From Glycera tridactyla (taxonomy: Eukaryota): a stretch of DNA of 64,000 bases. A program made the translations under genes and the position numbers. The stretch is from the NCBI GenBank assembly GCA_965644265.1, contig OZ286476.1, positions 46,872,001 through 46,936,000 of the forward strand, given 5' to 3'. Shown piece by piece: positions 13,752 through 26,232 of the stretch (within the stretch, counting starts at the first letter, position 1; each line of letters opens with the position of its first letter). The notes under the pieces are model-generated. The model saw only the letters and a list, made by a program, of their open reading frames with translations, had not been told where the DNA came from and did no database searches.

Positions 13752-14453
13752 CGCATGTGTGGGTGCATGCATGCATGAGGGCGGGTTGGATGAATTTGCA
13801 TGTACATGCATGTGTGCGGTGCATGTGTGTCTCAGTGTGTGTGGGGGGATGTGTACACTGAACATCATACAAATAACTAATAATTTTTATTTGCATCCAT
13901 CTTTATTGTATGAGTTGTTCACCTAGTTTATTGCTGATTAGTTCATGTGAGTGCAGAATACATCTATTTTGATGCCCATCACGTTTGATTATATTGGTGT
14001 ATCTCATGTTCCATGGTGTAATCAATCCTTCCTTGTTGAAGTACGTAGTAGGTGTGGCATTGTCCCTTTAGACACACCCACACATTCAGTGCTAGCTGAT
14101 TGTTTCGGAGTATATCTCATCCTTGTTATCAGTGACTTAGTAGCTCTGGAAATCCTGCTACAAGATATGACTCTCAACCACAACAAAGATGGATGGCCAA
14201 GTGATGGCCCAGTCAAGTGTTTCCATGCTCACAGTGGCCGAAAATATGTGCAAACCTTTACATCATACCAACTTCAGGGATACATTCTCTGTTCAGAGGC
14301 AATTTGGAGTAATTTGACTCATCCTTGACATCCAGAGAGGATAATGAATCCAGGGATTTTAGATGTAGTAGATGTTATTAGATGTTCTAGGATCAATCCA
14401 TATGATTAAACCATGTGTATGTACATGCACAGACAATGCTAAAACACATGCAT

Positions 14454-14454
<1 letters not shown>

Positions 14455-14523
<69 letters not shown>
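14455..14523. repeat. (CA)n microsatellite
   Basis: Direct inspection. Confidence 0.99.
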
Positions 14524-14526
<3 letters not shown>

Positions 14527-15121
14527 TCAGTTGGAAACTATACAATCTGCAAAAGCAATTATCCGGACCTAGTTCTGTCAACCACCTTTGGCCCATTTCA
14601 CTGAGAGTGTAGATGCACCCAGAATGGTGTAAGTGTTTCCAGTCACCAATTTGATAGCACTCATCAGTTAGTGAAATGGGCCCCTGATCAGCTGATAGCA
14701 TAGTTCATGGAGAGCACATAAATCACTGCAAGTGAGATTACCAATTTAATTGTAAATTGATTTTCACTTGTGAATGCCGCTGTGATCAGCCCTGCCAGCC
14801 CACTGCCAGTCAGGGATGAACCAGAAAAAAATTTGGTCCCATGACTTTTTGCTTAAGACAGGTTTTACTGTACACCGACACCAGTTTGCATTTGGCCTGC
14901 ATTCGCCGAATATTTGTCAGACTTTCATTGCTCCTCCTGTTCTAAAGATGATTTCAGCGATATATCACCGATCTCAAAGATCAGCTCCGATTAATCAGAT
15001 AAGCACCTGAAATCGCCGATTAAATTGATCTTCCCATCGATCGACTGAACACTAGTATTCACTGGGGCTGAGAATTGGCCCCGACTTTGGAGATCATTTA
15101 GGCAGGATTCATTGCAATTGA

Positions 15122-15399
15122 CAGGGATGTGATTCTTCCGCGGATCCGCGGATTTCCGTGTTTCTGGTGACAATCAACAGGCCATGTACATGACAGCAAA
15201 GAGCCTTCTCTGTTGAGTATTTTGGCTTTTAGATCATGAAAATCAGACCAGTATTAGTGGATAGAGAGCACAATGTTTGTATGGAGTTCTGGTAGCCTTC
15301 AGTCACCAGTTGTTTGGGTTTGTTGATCCACAAAATCTTAGTGTAAGTGCTCCCTGTCCGGTTTTCAGTGTTTTTGTTTGTGAGCCAATCACATCCCTG
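15122..15399. mobile_element. hAT-like MITE (family G) with 6-bp TSD
   Basis: TIR CAGGGATGTGATT/AATCACATCCCTG; TSD AATTGA; homologous to 56258-56489 and 59157-59414. Confidence 0.85.
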
Positions 15400-15599
15400 A
15401 ATTGAATAATTGATTTTAATCAATGTTTGGTCAACTTGAAGACAACAGATTTGGATGACATGGGGAGGGGAGGGGGCATGGCTTTAGGATTAGGAAGTGA
15501 TGAGTTGATCTGAAAAAAAAGATAGTTGCATGATGCTGGAGAGTGTGGGATAGATAAAAACATATTCAAGAAAATGATGACAAGGATATGTTTCATGTA

Positions 15600-15760
15600 C
15601 AGTCGATCCTCTCTATAAAGACCGCCTTCTGTCACATCAAAATGTGGTCTTTATAGGGAGGTGGTGTTTGTAAGGAGGTCATTTACTGTTGAAAATACTA
15701 CCATGATGGCAGCTCAGGGTGGTCTTTATAGAGAGGTGGTCTTTTGAGGAGGTTCGACTG
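15600..15760. mobile_element. MITE family B
   Basis: TA-flanked TIRs. Confidence 0.85.
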
Positions 15761-18700
15761 TATATGTATGTTTGTTCTGGAAAAATGCATCTACAATAAT
15801 ACATTCTATGCTNNNNNNNNNNNNNNNNNNNNNNNNNNNNNNNNNNNNNNNNNNNNNNNNNNNNNNNNNNNNNNNNNNNNNNNNNNNNNNNNNNNNNNNN
15901 NNNNNNNNNNNNNNNNNNNNNNNNNNNNNNNNNNNNNNNNNNNNNNNNNNNNNNNNNNNNNNNNNNNNNNNNNNNNNNNNNTGTGTGTGATCTGGAAATA
16001 TGTCTCTGACATGATTTCTATCACTAAAAAAATGTGTGTGTATGTGTGTGTGTGTGTGTGTGTACTGTGTGTGTGTGTTGGTGAATTTCTGTTGATGGAT
16101 GAAGACATAAGGGCATGAAGGTGATGCGCCAAGAGGGTTGGTGGGCTATATTACATATGTATTCCAATACTACAGCTGAATTAGTTTCAGGTAATTTAAC
16201 TTGAAGATGGATGGACTTCGCTAACTCCACTTGATAGTTAATGGCTCTGGTAGGACATGAAAAAATGTTTGTTGCAGAAACTAATCGTTTCAGAAATATA
16301 GCGTTTATTGATTTCACAAGTTGTGAAGAAGATCATTCGTAAGATTCAGTAATTCCTCATTTTCGAAATATTATTGTGACAGGCTTTGGCAAAAGAGTTT
16401 TTTTACAGAAATTATAAATCACCCATTTGGTTTCGGAATTTAGTGGAACCTGCATTGAGAGACCACTCAAATGTCACCAGAAAATGGTCTTGAAACAGGT
16501 GGTCCTTCATTGGAGGGGCATTTTACAATGTGAAATAGGAGAGCTGGTCCACATGAATGGTGTCCAGGCAGCAGAAAGATCTCTCATCATGGATCTCTCA
16601 TCACAGGTTATGAAGCGGGATAAGCCACATGAAATAGGAGAGCTTATTCTTATTATTACTCGGACTTGGTTGCAAAAGTGGTGATCGATTAATCGCCCTC
16701 AGTAGCAAGTGATGATGGATCATTCTCACCACACTGATATTGCAATGACGAAAGTTTGCCGTAAAATTCTAACTCTGTACTCATATTCACTGGTGATAGA
16801 CACTGATGAACACATTGAAAATTACCAATTCTACTCCAAATGATCTTTTTTCTGTCGATTAGAGCGCAATATTCAGTTTTCTTGTACTTTGTGTGCTAGC
16901 TGAAATATTCAGCTGCAAAGTTGCAGATCAGTGAGAAACCTGCGTATTGCAAATAGGGACGAAATTATATTCCACACAAATCCTTGATTATTCAATTGAT
17001 TGTAAACTTTCATGATTAATCTATCAGATCGAATCTCTTAACGATGCACTAATCGGGTAATTGTCGAAGCACTTATCCTTATCGCCTCCGAGAAATGTCA
17101 CAGACTTCACAGTAATTTCCAGGTTATCCTCTGATCTTCTGTTAGTGTCACAGATTTGGCTCAATTGGATGAGATTCTGCTCATAAATCGCAAGATTCTT
17201 CCAGGTCCTGCTGGGTACATCCTCGTGACGGAGACAGATTGATAGAAGTTTGAAAACACTTCCATCACTTGCAGTAAGGTAATTTTTCAGAAAACACCTC
17301 ATTGTTTGCGAAAACAAGTCTGACTGTCTGACATGTGAGACGGAAATTCTCAGTTGTCAGACATGAACTATAATTCTGTCTGACTATTTTGTCTGTGTCG
17401 AATTTAGTTAACTGGCAAACTGGTAAATCACCACTTGAAGGGACAGAGAACAAAATGGTGTATAAGGACAGGTGATTTGTGAAAAACCAGGTATTTCGGC
17501 TAATCCAAATGTATGATGAAATCTGACAAATGTCTGATGGTCGGTTGAGTTGTCTGATAAATTTTCTGACATGGCTGAAACTTCTCACATATGCTGCCAT
17601 GGAAGTCTTTTTGTCAGCCCATGGCGATTGCTTTCGTCAGAATGAGTATGTTGGGGTGTGGGTTGCAGTGAGGCTGCAGCATTCCGAGGACGTTTGAGAT
17701 GGAAAAAGTGACAGATATGTAAGCTTGGAAATGTTAGCATCAANNNNNNNNNNNNNNNNNNNNNNNNNNNNNNNNNNNNNNNNNNNNNNNNNNNNNNNNN
17801 NNNNNNNNNNNNNNNNNNNNNNNNNNNNNNNNNNNNNNNNNNNNNNNNNNNNNNNNNNNNNNNNNNNNNNNNNNNNNNNNNNNNNNNNATCCTTCCCATC
17901 CAGTGATTTATTGGTGTTGTAAAGTTTAGTTATAGTCGCCAGTTTAAAGCATCAATCGTAGTCAGCAGAAAACGACATGAAATATCCATCAGCACATCCT
18001 GCCGCTCATACTGCCACTCTTTCACCAGCCCCAACACACTCACAGGATAATCCCCAGCTAGGCCCGGCTAGGCCGACCTCACAGAAAATCCCACAGAAAA
18101 ATTGCGCTCAGTGACCAGATTCACTAAAGTCAAAATGTACCAAGAAAATCCGTGAATACAGTGAAACCTGTGACAAGAGACCCAACCCCTGATGAGAAAC
18201 CACCCTTGAGATATTATCCAGATTTCCCAAAGAAATTATGACCTTTGTGCTCATCCGATTTTTTGTCCCTTTCTTGTTGTATTTTCCAATACTGTATTTA
18301 GGAGGCCAAGACCTCAGAATTTTATCACGGTTCTGGCGAATAATAGCAATGTCTCCGAGTGAAAATCCATCTACATGCATGTAGACTCGATGTAGGTCTC
18401 TTTTGATGTATTGCCTTTTTTGGGTAAAATTCTGAGTGATTATTTACCATGTGATCGCTTGCTAGCATCGATGGAAATATACATTTGGCTCTCACCACAC
18501 AGTCACCTGAATCAATATTCATGATGAAGCTCTAATGAAAGACCACCTGTCTTGAATAACCAGTTATTCGTGCATTTCAAGGTGGTCGCTAATCATGAAT
18601 TTTACTGTATAACTGGAATATGCNNNNNNNNNNNNNNNNNNNNNNNNNNNNNNNNNNNNNNNNNNNNNNNNNNNNNNNNNNNNNNNNNNNNNNNNNNNNN

Positions 18701-18944
18701 NNNNNNNNNNNNNNNNNNNNNNNNNNNNNNNNNNNNNNNNNNNNNNNNNNNNNNNNNNNNNNNNNNNNNNNNNNNNNNNNNNAATCTTGCTGGCTGATGG
18801 TCAGGTAATGGGTGGAATTGTGTAGCCAGCTCAGTGCCCCACATTACCCACCGGGAGATTAGCATCTTATCAGATTATCATCATCATTCATGGATGCTGA
18901 GAGCTGCAGGAGGCTGGGATAATCCATCCTACCACAGGATACCA

Positions 18945-19160
18945 CAGGGATAATTTTACGCTGTGCCCTGTGGCAAATGGCACATAAGGTTGTGAAAGGG
19001 CACATCAAACCGTTTATCTTGTGCCCAGAAGGCACATGGAATTTTCCATATTTTGATATGATTACATGGTTTGAGGCACACATAAATCAGAAATGGCACA
19101 TGAAATCTGCATCAATGTGCCCTAAAGACCCATACATATTCCCGAGCAAGAAAATCCCTG
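18945..19160. mobile_element. hAT-like MITE (family D) with 6-bp TSD
   Basis: CAGGGAT...ATCCCTG; TSD ATACCA. Confidence 0.85.
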
Positions 19161-20560
19161 ATACCAGATCGAGTAAAACCGGCACCAAAGGCAAGGACAC
19201 TGCTATCAGGCTTCAGTGTCAGCTACCAGCCATTCATATAGCTAGATATACAGTAAAACCTGTCTTAAGGGAAAAGTCACGGGACCAAATTTTTTTTTCA
19301 CTTAAGACAGGATTTCACTACTGTTTGTCTGATATGGATAAGAAATACAGTGAAACCTGTCATGAGCGATCACCTCTCTTGAACGATCGCTTTTGTTTGC
19401 CAAAATACCAAATTCTTCTCAAATGACCTGTAACAACCAATCACCTCTCTAACATGGCCAGCCACTGGCCTAAATGGTAGCGATTACCTGCAATAAGCAA
19501 TGTAGAACTGCTCACAATTAGCCTTATGCGAGTACGAATCACACCAATGGTCGGGTAGGTGAGCACACTAGTCACGCGCCTAGCAACGAGTGAGGGGGTA
19601 ACAAGCGAGGGGTGACGGCCCCACTGACTGCTGTATAAAGTGAGCACATATGTAGTCTTTCACACCCTTTATCCACTAATCACACCTCAGATCGTCATCN
19701 NNNNNNNNNNNNNNNNNNNNNNNNNNNNNNNNNNNNNNNNNNNNNNNNNNNNNNNNNNNNNNNNNNNNNNNNNNNNNNNNNNNNNNNNNNNNNNNNNNNN
19801 NNNNNNNNNNNNNNNNNNNNNNNNNNNNNNNNNNNNNNNNNNNNNNNNNNNNNNNNNNNNNNNNNNNNNNNNNNNNNNNCATGTACATATATAGCGGCTG
19901 TATATGCGTTGAATGTGGGACTAACCAGGAGGATGTGACTAACTCGACATGCGATCACACACAGGGGAGGGATCTTGGCTTGAACAATCCGAATGGAGGT
20001 TACCATGTATATNNNNNNNNNNNNNNNNNNNNNNNNNNNNNNNNNNNNNNNNNNNNNNNNNNNNNNNNNNNNNNNNNNNNNNNNNNNNNNNNNNNNNNNN
20101 NNNNNNNNNNNNNNNNNNNNNNNNNNNNNNNNNNNNNNNNNNNNNNNNNNNNNNNNNNNNNNNNNNNNNNNNNNNNNNNNNNNNNNNNNNNNNNNNNNTG
20201 GTAGAACGTCGAAACATTTGGAAATAGCCAGGTGAATCGTCTTTTCAGCTATTCTATAAACGAAAAACATGAGAATGTCAGTCTGGCTCGATTTTTATAA
20301 ATGATTGATTATTCATTTATCATTTNNNNNNNNNNNNNNNNNNNNNNNNNNNNNNNNNNNNNNNNNNNNNNNNNNNNNNNNNNNNNNNNNNNNNNNNNNN
20401 NNNNNNNNNNNNNNNNNNNNNNNNNNNNNNNNNNNNNNNNNNNNNNNNNNNNNTTTCCAGTCTGCTCTCCTGACGGGAGAGTGGCTGAAAAGGTTTTTCT
20501 TGAAAACAGAACCCATACAGCACTGAATACACATAAACAATACTGCAAACTCACATACAA

Positions 20561-20630
20561 ATCATCATCGTCATCGTCATCGTCATTGTCATCGTCATCG
20601 TCATCGTCATCGTCATCAAAATCGTCATCG

Positions 20631-20686
<56 letters not shown>
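20561..20686. repeat. (TCG/TCA)n trinucleotide microsatellite
   Basis: Direct inspection; produces the poly-Ser ORF. Confidence 0.95.
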
Positions 20687-20732
20687 GCAGTAGCAGCTGT
20701 AGAGTCATGGTATCGACACAATCACAGTATAC

Positions 20733-21020
20733 CTGAGGATTCGAGGGGGGAGTTGAACATCGAGCTGTGACTCCGGCCACCTGTGAAGTCAAAGGAAGTT
20801 GTCGAGCTTTGAGCCGTGGCTACATAGGCTTTGATTGACCTCGCAGGTCAATTGCAATGTCATGGAAGCCACGGCTCAAAGCCCAATGGGGCCTGTTGGA
20901 GATCACAGGTATACACTGATGGTGTGGAAGCTATGGGTGGGCCTGTTTGGTGTCACAGGTGAAGGTGTGAAAGTTGCGACTCACGGTAGAGGTGTCAAAT
21001 TCACGACTCAAATCCCAACA
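20733..21020 (-). other. Candidate first exon of an unidentified minus-strand gene (possible start MFNSPLESS)
   Basis: Minus-strand donor CAG|GTATAC after 20733, an ATG at 20760, and adjacency to the promoter-like motifs. No downstream exons identified. Confidence 0.25.
20806..20882. other. 77-nt stem-loop, pre-miRNA-sized
   Basis: 16-bp perfect basal stem GCTTTGAGCCGTGGCT/AGCCACGGCTCAAAGC plus an 8-bp apical stem ATTGACCT/AGGTCAAT. Confidence 0.6.
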
Positions 21021-21022
21021 AC

Positions 21023-21078
<56 letters not shown>

Positions 21079-21180
21079 TATATCAAGGTATGTATATCAA
21101 TGCAGCGCGTCGAAAGCTTGTTACCCTAGCAACACCGACAGGTGGCGCTGGCGCGCTTCTCGCATATCGCTAATTGAGCT
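21020..21180. promoter_or_regulatory. Candidate promoter: (CG)6-(GA)20, RFX X-box, CTCF-like motif
   Basis: GTTACCCTAGCAAC (21120-21133) fits GTNRCC-N2-RGYAAC; CCGACAGGTGGCGC at 21135-21148; locally CpG-rich. Confidence 0.5.
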
Positions 21181-22230
21181 GATCGCAACTTCACTTCTCA
21201 CTTATGACAGGATGGAAGGCACCACGGGACCAAAAATGGTGTTTCATTGTTCAGGTTAGACAGGTTTTTGCCTAATCCAGGACAATTATAGTGAAAAAAC
21301 AGCTGGGCGGTCCGTGGCGTATGTGCTCATGACAAGATTTCACTTAGCACAGGTTTTCACTTGAGCAGGTTTTACTGTACCATCATTAGATTCATCATGT
21401 TCATGTTGGATAAGATAAGATATGTTTTTTTACATTCACAGATTACATGTTCATGTAGTAGATAGTTAGAGGTGTGACTGAACTGTCAGTTACTCCCACT
21501 GACAACCTTTGTGGTTTCTAATCATCTTGTCAGGGCGCGAAGAAATCTCCTCCCAAACGTCCTAGACGTGCCGAAATCGCGGTCGGGCGGGTAGATCTCA
21601 AAGTTACACGTCTTTTTTAGGCAGGCTCTTTTTCGCATATTTCTGTCGGATTGTGTCTAAAAGTCGCAAAAACAAATTATAATGAACTTAACGCAGTCGC
21701 GAGATGTCAACAACATGCGCGGAGGACGATTTTTCGAGCACCTGCGCAGGTTTCAGAACCATGTGGAAGCCGATCTTACAAAGGAATTTATCACGTTTGA
21801 CGTGTTTACTATGGTGATTTCACGTATATGTTCAAGTGTTTCCACAATTCCGGTGACTTTCGTGTACGGACGGGTTGTTTTTTCCTACGGGGGCAGGTGG
21901 TTTTTAATTTCGATGGATTTTTTTTATGTCTTTGCGTCCTGCTTGTGTTCAGGGTTTGCAAGTGATGCCTGTATGAAACAGAGCAGCTAGCTTCCATAGA
22001 CCATATATGAGATGAGACAATCTTTGTATGTTTGATTAGACATGTCATCAGAGTGTGGTTTGCCAATAATGTTGAACATTTCTGTCAATTCAGACCAAAT
22101 ATCCAACTGGTCCAAGAGTTGTGTAGGCAGGGAAATGGAGTTTTTTTGGTCATCGAATTATTATTCTCACTTTCAAAATGATCATTTGTGTGAAACAAGT
22201 TTTGTAGATCCTATCAAGGAGAAAGAAGTA

Positions 22231-22402
22231 CACTGAAACCTGCAATGAGAGACTGAAAATCACCAAAATGCAATCTCTCAAAAGAGGTGGTCTCTCTTCA
22301 GAGGTATATTTGACTATGTCAACTAGGAAAGGTGCCCTGGAAAAGCAGTCTCCAGTCAGATGTGGTCTCTTGTTAGGGGGTCTATCATTGCATGTTTCAC
22401 TG
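22231..22402. mobile_element. MITE family A
   Basis: TA-flanked, slightly diverged TIRs. Confidence 0.85.
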
Positions 22403-23028
22403 TAACATGATTGCATGGTGGGGGTGATGGCATAGGAACCACATGTCAGTGTAGGTAGTTGTTGAAGTGATAGGCCGAGCATAATCCCAGGTTTCAGGCG
22501 ATTCAGCAGTTGTTAACTTCCATGACTAATTGGAGACTTCTCAGCAGGCAGGAATTCCCAGCGTAGTCATTACGTTGTTCTCTATTTGCTCTGGACTCTC
22601 AGCAGTTGACATCATGTCAGAACAAATCTCGGCTTGCAAGTAAAGTGAAAGTTGCAAATTTGCAATCAAAGACCACCACTGCTGGGAGACCGCTTTTTCA
22701 GGGCATCTTTCCTACTTGACATTGTCAAATACATGCTTTCCATGAGAGACCACCTCTTCTGAGACCACATTTTGGGGGCATTCAGGACGGTGTTCTCTCA
22801 TCAGAGGTCTTGCTGTACAACTTCCTCGTGAAACTGGAGAGCGATATCGGCACAAGAAAAGTATATTCCTGAATCTGTGGTCTGCTCAGATATTTTGCTC
22901 ATTTGGTAGGGGATTCCCTCAAATTTTTTGAGATACATGTATGAAATAGATTCAAGTTATGGTTTGTGATTTGTTCGATTATGTCTATGAAGACATCTCT
23001 CCCTTCACCACTATTGAGATAAGTTGTG

Positions 23029-23189
23029 CAGTCGAACCTGCTCTAATGACCACCTCTCTATAAAGACCACCTGCCTATAAAGACCGCCCTGAGCTGTGAC
23101 CGTGACGGTATTTTCAACAGTAAATGACCTCTCTGTAAAGACCACTTTTCGATGCGACCGAAGGCGGTCTTTATAGACAGGTTCAACTG
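23029..23189. mobile_element. MITE family B
   Basis: TIRs and internal repeats. Confidence 0.85.
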
Positions 23190-24632
23190 TATTTCCAGGG
23201 TCTGAAATTCAAAGTGCCTGATATCCCAACCTGGTGAACAGTCCAACTTTGCCTTGGCATCTTCATTTCGCTGTAATATATGCAGAAGTATGTCAAACAT
23301 ATGTCAAAATATATGCACAAATACATGTAAAAATGTTAGTTGGTCTAAATGACTTCATCCATGTACAGTTGTGTGCAATGCATGAGTGTTTACACAGTTT
23401 TGTGAGTGTACAATACACCGACTGCCAGAATATTCCTGAAATGTCAACAACCCAGTTATGAGAATCGTAAGAAAAATCATTATGCCACACCCATCCACCA
23501 TAATTATTACTCTGTCTGGGGATCCTGCTCTGTTCAGATTTCTCAAAATCCCATTGTGAATACTCATTTTGCTGCTCTTTGAAATTGGTATCCTCATTAT
23601 CTTCAGAATTCTGAACACACTCACATGCACGCACGCATGCATGCATGCACCCGCGTACACACACACCTTTTATATTTAGAGAAGATCAAATACAAATCAA
23701 ACAGTTAATCAATTGAGACCATCAGTATAACATCTTCTAGATTGTGTGTAGAGGACGTAGCGGCAGTAGCTGGTAGCTATCCTCCAAGGAGCGCCCAGCT
23801 GTACCCAGCGGAGATCCTCGGCAGAATCCAGTGGTATTACACCTCATAATCAATGCATAGCCGTGTTCAGCTGGACTAACAAACACACGCCTCACTTGAA
23901 TTTCCAGGAGCGGATCCTTCATGTTAGTTGCATTTGAAGATGTTTGAATTGAAGCATCCTGACGAGATGGAATTAGGGCCAAGCATATCCAATTCATCAT
24001 TTCTGAGGGGCTTGTTTGATGAGAGTGATTGATGTCATTCCATTCTAGAAATCACAGAGTATGAAAAAATACCAGAAATCTGTTGCTCAAATGTAGGAAT
24101 TGATGGGGAGAGCCCCTCTTCTGGCAAATGGACTTAATGGTCCGTGGCTTACAATAGCTGTAGTCAATGTTCATCCCGGTGTATTCATACTTAGGCCAAG
24201 ATGTTTGAAGCATATTTAGCTGGTTGCTTGTGAAAATGATCACAGTGTAAATGTTTTCTCAAGCTGTGAGGCTCATTTTTGGTTTCGTAAAATTGTGTGT
24301 TACTCGGAGTGCCAACATGAGCTGATTAGTTTAAAACATATTTTGCTGACCTTCTCCAAGGTGAGCGAAATATTTTTCTTGGTTTTCGTAAAACTATGAG
24401 CTGTTTTCCAGCCAGACCTTGTGAAACTCTTATCTGCTGTGAATGCTAACTTAGGCCAAGAAGTGTGAATCCTATTTTTCCGGTTCCAGTTTTATGAACT
24501 GTTTCCTCCCTCGAATGATAGCTTAGGCTGAGATGTTTGTGCTCACTTGGTCATGTCAATCTCCCACTCCCATCAGTTCTTGCTTCTATCACACTGTCGA
24601 TTTGGTGACATCAGTGTTCCTAAATGAAGATA

Positions 24633-25273
24633 CCGTATTCTCCCTAATTAGCGCCCCGGGGCGCTTGCAAATTGAGAAAGGGGGGGCGCTTATTTGTTTG
24701 ACATGTCGAAAATCGCCGATGGGCGATAATAGAGTATTTTGACGAACAACGGTCGGTGACAGGTAAAATGTCAAGGAAACATTCGATGAATGTATTCTCC
24801 TGCTTATATTTGTGTCATACAGGAGAAAACCCGATAAAACTATGATGATAAGATGAATATTTGTCGAACGAATAGTGATTAAGAGTGGCGTCTGCATAAG
24901 CAATCTCACTTTGACAAGTCAATCCCGTGTTTCAGACGTAAGTTTGCCGCGATTAAAACCCACGAAATATCGATCTCACAGTGAAAACGATAGTGCGAAT
25001 GAATCGCTGGGTGTCAAATCGTGTGGTATTCATGCGTATATCTCTCAAATCCGTTGAATATTTGCCGAAAACAGCAGAAATATCGGGCAACAGGGAGTGG
25101 GTCTTCATCTACGTGCGCGCCGCCATGTTGGATCTGGCCTTCTTGCTCGCTCAGAAAGTGCGGGAAATTCAAATGTCCGAGAGTATCAAAGGCCAGTCTG
25201 CAACTTCTCTCTCCTGCTGGAGGGGGGGGGGGGGCGCTTATGAGGGTGGGGGCGCTAATTAGGGAGAATACGG
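24633..25273. mobile_element. Non-autonomous Tc1/mariner-type element
   Basis: Perfect 23-bp TIR CCGTATTCTCCCTAATTAGCGCC, flanked by TA on both sides. Confidence 0.9.
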
Positions 25274-25639
25274 TATATGAGATGCAGGATGCATGCACAT
25301 GGGCGTGGGAGATCAGCCCAATCTCCAATACTTGATCTTAGCACGATTTCATCAGTAGCCATGAGATAAGACTGGGAAATACACCGTGAGATTAGCTGAA
25401 TGTGGGGTTTCTCATGACTAGTCTGTTCTCTTGCGAGCTACTGTGAAACTTCTGATTGACCACCCTGGACACCAAGGAAAACTCAGTCAATTAGAACATG
25501 TGGTCACCCATCAGAAATCAAGTCTCAGCCTGTGAGAGACATGAGACAGCGGAACAATGTTCAATATCTTCATTCCTGTCCCAACATAAACACAAAATAC
25601 TCTCCAGTACATAAACATTGACCACTCAATGTACTTGCA

Positions 25640-25918
25640 TATTAGATGAGCAGTTTCGAAGAAATATTGGCGCTGGTATATTTGCTAGAAATCGACAGAA
25701 GAATATATAGGGGGAATATGCTGGCTCATCACAATTGCGTTGGTTGCAGATGATGTCGTGTGATGTCTGACCATTTTTCGCGAGGGCTGTAATAGAGCCA
25801 CGTCTCATTTTCTGACGAGGATAGTGAGTAGTCAGCTGATAGCCGTGTTTGCTCCTCTGGTTCTTTACTGTTCGCTAAATCAGACCGTGTCAATAAGCCC
25901 TGGATGACCTGGATCCGG
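25640..25918 (+). other. Candidate non-coding first exon/promoter of hyccin
   Basis: CpG-containing non-repetitive stretch ending at a strong donor CGG|GTAAGA (25919). The 5' boundary is a guess. Confidence 0.25.
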
Positions 25919-26041
25919 GTAAGACTAGTATACGGAGCTAATCCGGCCAGTATGTTGTGCTACAGTACTAGATTACTGCTACAGTTAATCTATCCATGGT
26001 GATGTCAAGCTAACTTGCTGATATGATGGAACCAGCATTGA

Positions 26042-26232
26042 CATAGATGCCAACTCCTACAATTTTGAGTAGCAAATACTAACTCTTTTTAGAGCAAAAT
26101 TCTTGCATTTTAAGGGTAGTGCTGCTCTGAAAATTCAGGTCTTTTCTCATCATTCCATTGCAAATACTGGCCTTGCTACTGTTTGAAAGTGGCACTGTGC
26201 CTATTTTTGTCCATCAGAGGTTGGCATCTATG
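26042..26232. mobile_element. MITE related to 8278-8737, apparent 9-bp TSD
   Basis: TIR CATAGATGCCAAC/GTTGGCATCTATG; flanks CAGCATTGA/CAGCAATGA. Confidence 0.7.

Noticed and set aside
20301-20693. Poly-serine ORF
   Set aside because: Translation of a (TCA/TCG)n microsatellite plus a gap.
20806-20882. Calling the hairpin miR-281 or a SECIS element
   Set aside because: Only the first 10 nt resemble miR-281; the SECIS apical AA and 3' GA quartet are not in the required positions.
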